Source of the DNA: Marsupella aquatica
Lineage: Eukaryota > Plantae > Marchantiophyta
Length of the DNA stretch: 64,000 nucleotides
Assembly (NCBI GenBank): GCA_973895155.1
Contig: OZ316891.1
Location: 8,805,875-8,869,874 of the forward strand
Direction: 5' to 3'
Shown piece after piece: positions 52,598-63,310 of this stretch. Each line of letters begins with the position of its first letter. Position 1 is the first letter of the stretch. The notes beneath the pieces were generated by a model, which saw only the letters and a list, made by a program, of their open reading frames with translations, had not been told where the DNA came from and searched no databases. The position numbers and the translations under genes were made by a program.

Positions 52598-54195
52598 ATG
52601 GATGGCCTGGGAGCTGATGAGCAGTACCGAGTTGACGCATTGGCAATTCCTAAGAGCGTAGCCGCTCGAATTCCACAAGCGCCCGATAGTTATGCGAATT
52701 TACAGACTTCATTACAGCAGCTAGGTCTGGGGCATCTACTTGCCGTTCCTTGGAACGTAGAACTCGACTCATACTTGCAGGATTTTGTGAAGAGGTCACT
52801 GCTTGCTCCTGAATTTTGACAGACCATTCGAGCTTGACCGAGTCTGTGGACTGTGGAGCAAATTGCTCGTGCCTTCCGCTGCCCTTCAGAAGGAGAAGGA
52901 TTGTATTCAAAGAAGAAAGATTTGTCTACTCCCTACTTCTCTGGGATTTGCAATCTCACAAATGGCTGGAATCTAACACAGTGTACTTATCCAGATTTGA
53001 GAGTGCTGCTGGAATTTCTAGTGTCAATTTTACACCCGAAAAAGCCAACCATTTGCCCAGTGGCTTTGGTGAACCCAATTGTAGCTCCACATAGTGGAGC
53101 CATCGAAGTGAATTGGGCCTTGTTAATTTTCAATGTGATGAAGGATCAGGTGAGGAGCATGAAGGCAGGTAGACCTACCTATCTGCAGGTATATCTGTCT
53201 CAGCTCTATCAGGCTTATGATTGTTTACATCCAGAGGAGAGAACAAAAAGAGGATTACTCCTGATCGAACTAGGCATTGAAGAAGAAATTGGTGTGGAAG
53301 AACCAGTGGATGCTATTCCCTTGGATTCTAATGATCAGAATGTGGATGTTGATATGGATTTGGAAGATGCCTCAGTGGGTGAACTTGAAGTTTCATCTGC
53401 TCATGATATGGAGTTGGTTCGACATCCTCTGTTTAACTTGGTGTATTCAAGAGAAGTCAACGAGGAAAATCAACCTGAAGCTGAAAAAGCTGAGGACGAC
53501 TCTGAGCAACACGAAGCTGTTGCTGACCCGACCATTGCTGTCATCCTGAGGGTTGATCCAACTACTTCTTCAAAGGCAGAGTTCAACCAGCAACTTATTG
53601 ATAAGTTAATTACTCTTTTCGGTTGTGATGATGTGGAACTCTATGATGTTGTCTGTAATTTAAGATCAGAGGTAGTCAGCTTATCATCCCCATTTCCAGA
53701 TCAATTAACTCTTGTCAGGACCACCTCCCCTAGCCTATTGTGGGATCAGCCTTAGAAGAATTCGTTGCTCTCAGTCCTGTTGCACCACCAAACCTGCCTG
53801 TAGAGCCAAGTGAACCTGTTCCTGTGACAGAGGATGTAAATTATGCTGCCATTGTAAACGACTTACTGGACATGCTACAGTGTGAGCCACAGGAGATAAT
53901 GTCAATTGTTAGCAACTTCACTCAGAAATCCCCAGTTGCAGAAATTCCTCATAATCTAGATCCTTACTCATACAGTCCTGATTCCAACTATGAACCCACT
54001 AATGGACCTATCTTCACTCGGGGTCGCTATGAAGATCCTTATGTTAGACGGGATCTCTCTGATGACTCTGACCCGCCTTCGGATAATGATACTTATAGAT
54101 ATTATGACAATTCCCTCGGGGGTCTCACTATATGGAGGACCCCCCCATCACCTGCGATGTTTTTCATGCCTAGACCCCCATACTTATTAAGTTGA
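52598..54195 (+). pseudogene. Disrupted TE-associated hypothetical protein (putative plant transposon protein-like domain plus acidic tail)
   Basis: Intronless frame with two TGA stops near 52817-52837 and a frameshift near 53745. GWNLTQCTYPDLRVLLEFLVSILHPKKPT...VNWALLIF...YLSQLY resembles accessory ORFs of plant TEs (recognised from memory). Confidence 0.55.
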
Positions 54196-54576
54196 AATTT
54201 TTTTTCCTCCCTCTTTCTTTCTTCTAAGAGTCTAAAATCCAAATTGTATTGCCCCTATAATTTGTGAAGTAAAGTGTCACATATCAATATAAAATGCCTA
54301 GAAAGAAAAGATAAGTCTATGTCAGTACCTTGTGAAGTCGTATGTCAGACATGGCACGCCCTGCAACAGTTCTTGCACTTTTGTCGACCTTAAACTTTGA
54401 TCATTTCAATGCATCATTTATATTGTGTACCTAAAAGGTCATCCCAATATAAACCTTACGTGCATAAGTGGGATGGCCTTTAAGGTCACAACATAAATAA
54501 TCCATTCCACCCATTGATCACCAATCCCATGCTCCATCCATACTCCATTGAAAACTTATGTTGAGAGATGTAACAT

Positions 54577-54635
54577 GTGACGGAGGGGAATTGAACCCCT
54601 AATTGAGAAAGGATCTCAAGTTGCCAATCCGTCAC
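54577..54635 (-). ncRNA. 59-nt tRNA-like structure lacking a D-arm (mascRNA-like)
   Basis: GTGACGG ATTGGCAAC TTGAG-ATCCTTT-CTCAA TT AGGGG-TTCAATT-CCCCT CCGTCAC. It has a perfect 7-bp acceptor stem, a 5-bp stem with 7-nt loop, and a 5-bp T-stem with a canonical TTCRANY loop. Confidence 0.6.
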
Positions 54636-54668
54636 CCCCTATCCTATCCCACTACACCCACTAATATT

Positions 54669-54748
54669 AACAAAATAAAACATATATACAAACTCTCAAA
54701 AACTAAACAACAAAATAAAACATATATACAGACTCTCAAAAACTAAAC
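54669..54748 (-). repeat. 40-bp U-rich direct repeat (2 copies) between the transposase stop and the tRNA-like element
   Basis: aacaaaataaaacatatataca(a/g)actctcaaaaactaaac occurs twice on the plus strand. Confidence 0.9.
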
Positions 54749-54761
54749 AGTAACATGATAT

Positions 54762-57700
54762 TCATACCATTGTTTGAAGATATTGATCCAAAGCACGTCT
54801 ATCTATTGGATCCAACACATAGATACGATCCATAACCCCTTCTTTCATGGTTAAACTAACACTAGCAATGACCATTTCAATATCCATCCATTTCAAATCA
54901 GTGGTATCATATCTGAATTCACTTTTGCTCTTACCAATAGGACTATACCAATTTAACAACAGTTCACAAATGTTACCTGATTGCCCTGCAAGTGGAGTTG
55001 GCCTATCCATCAAATCAATTGGTGACCGACAATTGCCCCACCTACTGCCATACTTCTGTCTCATTTGGACAATCCGACCCAACCAAAAATATTTCTTACC
55101 TGCTGAGATTGCCTCCACCACAACCTTATTCTTTCCTCCCTTTCTTTTTCCAGATCTAGTACTTGGAGCAAGACTATCATCAGACTCAAATGCAATTGCA
55201 CAATCAGTGCCAACATCAACAAAACATGAGTTAGGATTGACTTCTTGCACTTTTCTCTTGCCAGTACTATAGTATAGCACTTGTTTCACCCTTGTCAGCC
55301 TATCTTTTGACAAATGCGGATTTCCTACCAACTGGCTTACCAGAGTGGATTTGTAAATCACCTTGCCTTCATAAGTAACAGTAGGCACTACCTTGGTACG
55401 ATTCTGTACATTAGTTACAGCATGGACAACTGATCCAAACACATGCCGAACTTCATGACCTAATGTCTCAAGCTCATCTGAGGGGTCTACATCAAACTGT
55501 ATATCATCTCTGTGTACATCATCTGAATGCATCTCAGGAACAACAATGGGATCTGGTTCTGTTAACCATGCATCTATTCTATTCAGATCATCCTCAGGAT
55601 CTTCCAATTCATGAAAATCTCCAGTTGGGCGAGGACCTATGTCTGGTGGTTGGTGCTCTACTTGCTCCTCAGAATCATTGCAAACAATTGCTTCCTTCAG
55701 AACCACCTCTAGTGGCCAGGTCTCACTTTCCACAACCCAAGGACATGTCCACCATCTCTTTCTAGCTGCTGGTAAGGAACTTCGTGGAGACATCTGCAAT
55801 TGATGCATAAGATCCTTAGCAGCAACAAAACCTTCTTTAAGGGCTGCAACCACTAATTCATTAGTCTCAATGAGAGAATAGTCAAGTAGATTTGGTGCTT
55901 CCTCCCCTTCCCCTATAGGATGAATCTTCCCCCATACATGATCTTGTTTCTTATGTGAACGACCTATCTTCAAGCCTTCTGGTCCATATTCTAGGGCAGC
56001 AAGCCGGTTCAGTCCAACAGCACTATCCAACAGAGAGCCAAAATCATAATTCCGCTCATGGCCACTCATGCCTCCTACCTTGCTGAAGAAAATCTCACAA
56101 CAATCTGAACCTAGCAAGTGGAAGGGAACACCTAGATGTGGGAACTTATCTCGAAAGGCACAAATTAACAGCACAATGAAATGACATGACATGTTAACAT
56201 CATGAAAAGCCTGAATAGACATCATGTCTTTCTCAGTGTGTGCTGCAAAGTTCCCACCCACTGAATGGTCACCAAACCTCAACCACAATCTCCACAAACG
56301 TAGAAAGAATGAAACCTTGGATGCTAACACAATACGGGACCTCAAATCATGAACTGGAGAAAAGAAAATATCTAAGTAATCTGCACAAATCTCCAAGTAC
56401 AACTGAGTTCCTAAACTTCGTTCATGTTGTACATCTCTCCTCTCATACATATCTTTCAGACATTGCTGCACTCTTCTTGCTGCTATTCGTTGTGGACCTG
56501 CCCAATTCTGCCGGTCAGTCCTATTCACATCATCCCAAGCCATGCCATGTTCATGAATTGGATAATGATTGTAGACATTAGCTACATAAGATAAAGATGC
56601 ATGTTGATCTCCTAGCACCAGTAAAGAAGACACTCTGTCTAAGGGGTTTATCATCTTTTTCCCATTATGAGGTTGGTCTTGGTCACCAAAGCCATACAAA
56701 TCTCCATTTGGTAGAATTGACACAGAGTATGTCCACCCTTCCCACCCAACTCCGTACCTTGGGTATGATCCATTCTGCCCTCTGTAATCTTCCAGCATCA
56801 GCTTTCGGCGACGTGCATCACCATCACTAGCATGTCCAAGCAAAGGGCCTACCATAGCTCTACAATATTCATCCCAAAAAGCCTTTAACTGGACCCAATG
56901 CTCTCGTACCCAAGAAGCTGTGAACTTATTACAAGTTGGAAGTGCACACACAACCAATTTAGGTAAGGACTCATGCAGAGGATTCACAATCACAACTCGG
57001 GCATACATGCACTTGGGGCATTGTTCAAATGTACTTACAATTTTATCATACCCCTCATCACCTTCACCTACTAGAATTTCCAAACCATAGGAGCATACAT
57101 GCTGCTCTGAAGGTCCACAGAAACCAATGAGAGTATCATACTTTGCCTCCCACCTGAAACACAGACATGCAATTTTTCAATATCACAGCAATTCCACCCA
57201 AGTGCTACTTGTAAAGTCATTAAAAAAACAATTGGAAAAATGTCCAGTTCCAATTACCTAGGGCGTTCTTTGATCCTTGTTTCATCCTCAGCAAAGATAA
57301 CAGGCACATCCCCCTCAATGCCCAATGAGTGCTTTGCAGCAGACAACACTCTAGCAATCTCCTGAAAGGTTTCCTTCCGTAACCCGGTTCGAAAAGGTGT
57401 GAGTTTTGCTCTATCACGTTTTAGGGTCACAAGGCTAGGGGCTGTCAAGTTTCGTGCAAAACAATGAGCAACTTGACGGCCCCCAAATTGGAACATAGCC
57501 TGAGCAATAGCTCGAGTCCTATTACTGTAACGATTACCTTTTGGCTTCCTGCCTAAATTGCGAGCTACATCCTTCAAGAAATCCCACAAACCCTCCTTAC
57601 CACCAAATGCACCATTCCTGTGTCCATTCAAAATACTCCTAAGAAACAATCTCAAATCCTTCCTGTTTGCTGCAACTCCTAACAACTCCTCTAGTTTTCG

Positions 57701-59338
57701 TTTCCTGGTGCTCAAGGCACATACTTTCTGAGCCTGCAAAGCTAACAACCAACGCTCTTTTCGTCGCACAGAGTTCAGGTTGTGCACTTGATCTCTTAAC
57801 TCTGTGTTGGTCAAATAATCCAAACGTATACCACCAGCAGTGGTTCGGCTCCCTCTGTGGACTACTGCTTCCGCTTCCCTGTGCACCCGTCCACGAAAAT
57901 CATCTTCTAGTGTTATAGAATCACATTCACTACAAGTTAGATTTTCAAATCCTCCTCCATTATGTGATAACCTCAAGCAATCCTTGTGTCTAAAACAGCC
58001 TGCTATACTCACAACACTCTCTCTACTTGGATGGAAAACATCCAAGCAACAACTTGGCTCACAATGCCATGTAATTCCCCCAGACTGATCATCTAAAATG
58101 CCAGAAATATCATAAGACATACCCTTCCATAACAGTCGAGGCACACCTCTCTCTACCCATAATCCCCAGCAAAGCAAACTCAGACCAAGATCAACAGATT
58201 CACACACACCTGAACCTGAACCTGAACTGCTGCCTGTCCGGGACCCATCATCTTTAAAGAACTTCAAAATCCCGCTCTGACCAGGATGTAGGTCCCTAGA
58301 ATCAGTCCTCTTTGGCCTGCCCCTCTTCCCAGACCTCAAGGCAAGCATTTTTGTGTCATGCCTAGTCTCCAATGCATCCAAGTGATCTCGACTCACTAAG
58401 TGTGTCCTCAAATTGGGCTCCAAGGTAAGCTTCTTGGGGCACAAGTCAGTGTGAAGCATTCCACAGACAGTACAGCGAACCTTAAACAGGAAAGACCTGT
58501 TTACATACTCAGGAGTACTGGGATCAGGAACAATAGAGAATAGTTTGCCATCATCCCCAAGCTCAGCATTCAATCGCTGAACTATCTCAACACCTACTTT
58601 GATGGCGTCTGCATGATCATATTCTGGCTTCTCAGAGATGTCTGCTACCTGAACCAAAGTAGAAGGAATGCCCCTTCTCCGACAATAGTTATCCTTGTGC
58701 TTATTGAAGACCAAGTGTTTGGTCTTAAAATTACTAAAGCAATTGGAGATGGATTTAGGGTTCTGAGAGTTGTCTGCATTGCCATAAGTTTCCCTACATT
58801 CAAGACACTCCAGATGCCCTCGAACATCTGTCCCCTCATCCCAGGTACGAATTCTCCAATTGTGATCACCATAACCCTTCTTATGTACCCATTTCTCTAA
58901 CCTCATCCACTCATCTTTCCATAGCTTTGATGGGACATCTCCCATCAATTGTGACTCAAAAGAAGCCCTTACAGGGGAGGGTGCTAGTGCCGTTGGCCCC
59001 AGTTGTGGTGTCCCAGTATTTGGACCCAATGATGCAGGAGTGCAAGGATGATAGGGTACTGGTGGGATCCTCCCACCATCTCCAAGTTCTTGTTGTACAA
59101 CAATAACTCTTCCATCCAGCTCAGACAGATCAATTAATTTCTCATGTACAAGTTTCACTCGACCAGGAAGTCTCTCATCCCAAAAATCAAAGTCAAAGTC
59201 TAGAGTAGAGGCAATACGAGCCCTAAAATCATGTAGGGTGTGTCCTTCTTTGAATGACAAAACACAAATTGGTAAATCAGCCTTGTCATCCCCAACTTTG
59301 CGTATTAATTTAACAGAGTTGGGTTTAGGGGCTGCCAT
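54762..59338 (-). CDS. P-element/THAP9-like DDE transposase, 2 exons (59338-57258, 57153-54762; 1490 aa), intact
   Basis: A 104-nt GT..AG intron joins the 694- and 773-aa ORFs in frame. Motifs appear in P-transposase order: RYSNRT...APSLVTLKR (HTH-like), FAEDETRIK..R|WEAKYDTLIGFCG (D1), HASDGD (D2), DQPHNGKKMIN (DxxHxxK), DRQN, LLGSDCCEIFFSKV (E). There are N-terminal Zn-finger-like motifs and a C-terminal FWLGRI...NWY domain. Confidence 0.8.
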
Positions 59339-59833
59339 TGCAATACAAATCTAGAACATGCATAGCACCATTGCTTTTGGAGTTGATAACAGAAAGACCT
59401 GCACAAATACATTTGAAATACACACAAGGGAAACACATTAGGATCTTCAAGAGATGCAATGACAACATACACATTCTCATGTAATGTACATAATGTCAGC
59501 ATACATTTAACAATAGAAGTGCTAATAGGCCAAAACACTTTATAATGCAATCCATCATACATGCAAATGTATTCAGTGAAAATCATGATATACCGCTAAA
59601 GTTGGATAAAATATCTTTGGACAAAATATCCTTTTCGCCTGCTTTTCTAACAATTCCCGAAGTTTAGTGCTTCTGCTCATCAAAATACAGCACTATTAGT
59701 GACCTTAATTATGACAAAATGTCAACACTAATAAAATTGGGTACTACCACCCATGATGCACCTTAAGTATGTGCCTTGCTCATACCCCACTAAGACGTTG
59801 AAACCTAAGTAATAGGTTTGTTCATTATTCAGA

Positions 59834-60508
59834 TCACTGGAGCCATGAAATGTGGTCCCTGATTGGAGTCTTGAGGTGTGGATCAATAGGATGACGGGGG
59901 CAATAAAACATCTGTCGCTGTTGTCCATGTGCTTCATGGTCCCAGATGTCCCTATCATGAGCGAACCCTTTGCTTTTGATCATCTGGAGACAATCTGTAT
60001 GCCAGGCATTTGGACATCGTAGACATTGTACCATGTTCTTGACCATCTGACCCTCAAGACTCTGATAACATGTCACACATGTATGCAGTGGGCAGGACTT
60101 TGCATCAGCTACCAAACACCCAAAGCAATAAAATCGTACACAAAAACGATCAGAGCATTTTCGCACAATTGTAGGTGACGGTCCCACAGTGCGGCACCCA
60201 TAACACATGGCCTGGTCCTGGTTACAATTTGGGCAAAACCATGGCTTCCCTCCATGATGGAGGGGAAGGACTACACAGGGGCAAGAGTCATTAGGGGCTT
60301 CATCTCCAACCACATAATGAAATTGCCTGTGACATGGCCCATCACAAATTACCAACTTCCCACCATGCTCACAAATTGCACAAACATGAGGGCTAGTTTG
60401 TAGAATCTCTTGCTCAGAGAACAACGGAATACGCAATACCTCTTCCAAAGAGGCTCCTCTGTCAGAGGACTGTGTTGCTTTCTTTATGTTTGAAGTCCTT
60501 GTCGGCAT
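59834..60508 (-). CDS. Stand-alone EDM2/NSD-type composite PHD-finger protein (224 aa)
   Basis: CAICEHGGKLVICDGPCHRQFH...WFCPNC...CYGC...CPLHTCVTC...QCLRCPNAWHTDCL...FYCPRHPIDPHLKTPIRDHI mirrors the EDM2 PHD region as I recall it (CAICDNGG..., YFCPNC, CPLHKC, CRRCPKSYH, YCQEHEIDEELLTPVRDHV). Intronless. Confidence 0.8.
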   Translation of the reverse strand: MPTRTSNIKKATQSSDRGASLEEVLRIPLFSEQEILQTSPHVCAICEHGGKLVICDGPCHRQFHYVVGDEAPNDSCPCVVLPLHHGGKPWFCPNCNQDQAMCYGCRTVGPSPTIVRKCSDRFCVRFYCFGCLVADAKSCPLHTCVTCYQSLEGQMVKNMVQCLRCPNAWHTDCLQMIKSKGFAHDRDIWDHEAHGQQRQMFYCPRHPIDPHLKTPIRDHISWLQ

Positions 60509-60824
60509 GGTTCAACTGCAATCATCACAAAGCACATCACATATGAGGGGGACATGATGATAGTGAGCAATCCATAGACAAAGATAAGGTTAATCATAGC
60601 ACCTGCTCCAATGATCTGCAAACCTCCCTCCCAGATGAAGTCAACTACACAGTGCAACCTGAACACCCACCAACCAAGACATACATAAATACAATGCCAG
60701 CTTGCAAAACTTTGCCACATAATGGGAATGAAAAATATTCTCATATATCATGGATGGTACAATTGCAGCCTTGCAAACAAAGGCCTAGTCATATATGAAC
60801 AACGCATCCATGTACTATCAGGGA

Positions 60825-61223
60825 CTACAATGTCAAGCATCCATGGGTTGTAACCTTAGCTTGATCTGGAATACTATCTGGGGCTACAATATCAAGCTCA
60901 GTTGAATGTGGAATACTATCAGGGACTACAATGTCAAGCGTGTCCGGGATGACAATCTTGCGTAAAAGACACTCATTTTGAGGCCAAATGGTTGGCCTTA
61001 TACAAGAGCACTTCCAACGACGTGTGACAACTTTGCCATGCTTTCCCATGTATGTCCTAGTAACAAGCCTTCCACGCATTTTCAAGCAGAAGCAATGGAA
61101 CCATTCAAAATTCCCATCACCAACCCTGCACTTGACACAAGGTTCACACCAACAGCATTCATCTGGATGCTGCAGAAGGAGCTTCTCATAATTCGCTTCT
61201 AATGTAATGCCCAATATAGCCAT
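60825..61223 (-). CDS. Small Cys-rich protein with an ING-like PHD signature and LDIVxPDS repeats
   Basis: CCWCEPCVKC...EWFHCFCL...RWKCSC, then LDIVVPDS and LDIVAPDS. A third copy is out of frame at ~60815-60838, so the ORF may be frameshifted. Confidence 0.5.
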   Translation of the reverse strand: MAILGITLEANYEKLLLQHPDECCWCEPCVKCRVGDGNFEWFHCFCLKMRGRLVTRTYMGKHGKVVTRRWKCSCIRPTIWPQNECLLRKIVIPDTLDIVVPDSIPHSTELDIVAPDSIPDQAKVTTHGCLTL

Positions 61224-62067
61224 GGCACTATTTTTTTATACTCGGTGAATGGCCAGACGATTAGACGTGCAATGACAGGCAACTTACAATTCACTAGGTA
61301 CACTATGTGTTCTAGCAAACTGCTTCACCGCAAGTGTTGGTGCTCACTGCTGCAAGCGCTGATGACAACCTCTACAATTCCTTTTGCAACCTGTGAACAA
61401 AATTGAAACCACCATTCAATTTCTAAGTTTCAAAAACTTCCCATTACATGAAGACAACCAATTGGCCATGCATGTTACTACAGCAATAAAATAATAACCC
61501 AATCGCTCAACAGACCTGAATAGCTAACCTGAATAGGATCAAGTTCAGAATCCAGAATGGTAATGCCCTTGCCCAGAAGCTTGAGAAACAAAAGAGAATT
61601 TAAAATCAAGCACGAGCGTCATCCACGTCTTGACCAGGCCCGCCACCCAGTATGGCTGGAGGCTGTGGTCCCCCCTGGCTGAGTAAACACTTAAAGAAGT
61701 CTTCTCTTCTAGATGACTTAAAGAAAATTGCAGGAACCAGCCAACGGGACACCAAGGCATGTAATAGAGAACCAGATTTGTGCGGGTGTGTGGGGGACGA
61801 CAGAAGTCAAGTTACAAGATTTTTTTCCTGGGGTCCAGCCCACGGATGGAGATCATGTAAGGTGGTCAATCATGGCAAGTGCAATCATTGGAGACCTGTA
61901 CTCGCGGTTACTCTAACGATGCATCCAAAAAACATGTGCGTCAAGTCGTCGATGCGGACACAGAAGGAGAGATGAGTATGGACAACGTCGAGACAAATGA
62001 CGACAATACTGAGCTAGTATTCGGCTGGGAAGTTGGAGCTGGATCTCAGCAGTGGCTCCAAACCTTA

Positions 62068-62177
62068 TCTGCGAGGGCATGGCGAGCTCTGGAGGACAAA
62101 ATACTCAAAGAGCTTATCGCCATTCACGGAGCTCAGAACAGGAATTTTATAGCTGAAAAGCTAAACGGGCAGATCAG
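62068..62177 (+). pseudogene. R2R3-MYB first-repeat exon fragment
   Basis: ARAWRALEDKILKELIAIHGAQNRNFIAEKLNG(RSG) resembles RGHWRPAEDxKLKELVAxYGPQNWNLIAEKLxGRSG. It has a +1 G frameshift, ends at a CAG|GT donor-like site, and no downstream MYB exon is seen. Confidence 0.7.
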
Positions 62178-62439
62178 GTGCTTCTCGTCTATGACCGCTA
62201 CCAGATCGACTCTAGGTGTGCCATGCGTGATAGATTTGGGCGTCAAATAGTAGCAAGCAAGCAAGTACGATCGTCAAAGTAGGCAGCGCCTACCTCCCGA
62301 TTGAGCAACGCAGCAATGCAGCTCCAATCCTGGCACTCCGGTTTGAGATATTGCAACACTCCCTGCAGTAGCCACCTCCCGTTTCAGCAAGCTAGCAGCT
62401 CCCGTTTTAGAAAGCAGCAATGCAACACTCTCGACACCC

Positions 62440-63310
62440 ACCTCCCGGAGCGCAACACTCTTGCTCGATCCTTCACTCCCGGGTTCACTTCAAGCAGCAG
62501 CGCAGCTGCAAAGTCTCGCTCTCCCCTTCACTCCCGGGTTCACTTCAAGCAGCAGCGCAGCTGCAAAGTCTCGCTCTCCCATTCACTCTAATCAGCACAC
62601 GCAACTGAGAAGTCTCGCTCTCCCCTTCACTCTAATCAGCGCACGCAACTGAGAAGTCTCGCTCTCCCCTTCACTCTAAGCAGCAGCGCAGCTGAGATGT
62701 CTCGCTCTCCCCTTCACTCTAAACAGCAGCGCAGCCAGGAACTCTTGGTCGATCCTTCACTTCAAGCTGCAACGGCAGCAGCACAGCCGAGAGTGCAACA
62801 CTCTCGCTCTCCCCTTCACTCCAAGTAGCAGCGCTTCACTCGATCCTTCGCTCGATCCTTCGCCAAGAACTCTCGCTCTCCCCTTCACTCTCGCTCTCCC
62901 CTTCACTCCTTCGCTCGATCCTTCGCCGAGAACTCTTGCTTGATCTTTCACTCCAGCCGCAGCAGCAACGCAGCTCGATCCTTCTCCGAGAAATCTTGCT
63001 TGATCCTTCACTCCAGCCGCAGCAGCAACGCAGCTCGATCCTTCACTCCAGCCGCAGCTCGATCCTTCACTCCAGCCGCAGCTCGATCCTTCACTCCAGC
63101 CGCAGCTCGATCCTTCACTCCAGCCGCAGCAGCAACGCAGCTCGATCCTTCACTCCAGCCGCAGCAGCAGTGCAGTCGAGAGCACAACAGGAGTCGATCC
63201 TTCACTCCAGCAACAGTGTAGTCGAGAGCACACTCTCGCTCGATCCGACCTTCACTCCAAGTGCAGTCGAGAGCACACTCTCGCTCGATCCGACCTTCAC
63301 TCCAAGCAGG
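62440..63310 (+). repeat. Complex nested tandem array (24-, ~41-43- and 55-bp units)
   Basis: Recurrent gctcgatccttcactccagccgca and ctcgctctccccttcactc motifs. Confidence 0.9.

Noticed and set aside
54577-54635. Functional tRNA-Arg(CCT) gene
   Set aside because: It lacks a D-arm and has an atypical anticodon loop (T at the position 37 equivalent), so it is kept only as a tRNA-like structure.
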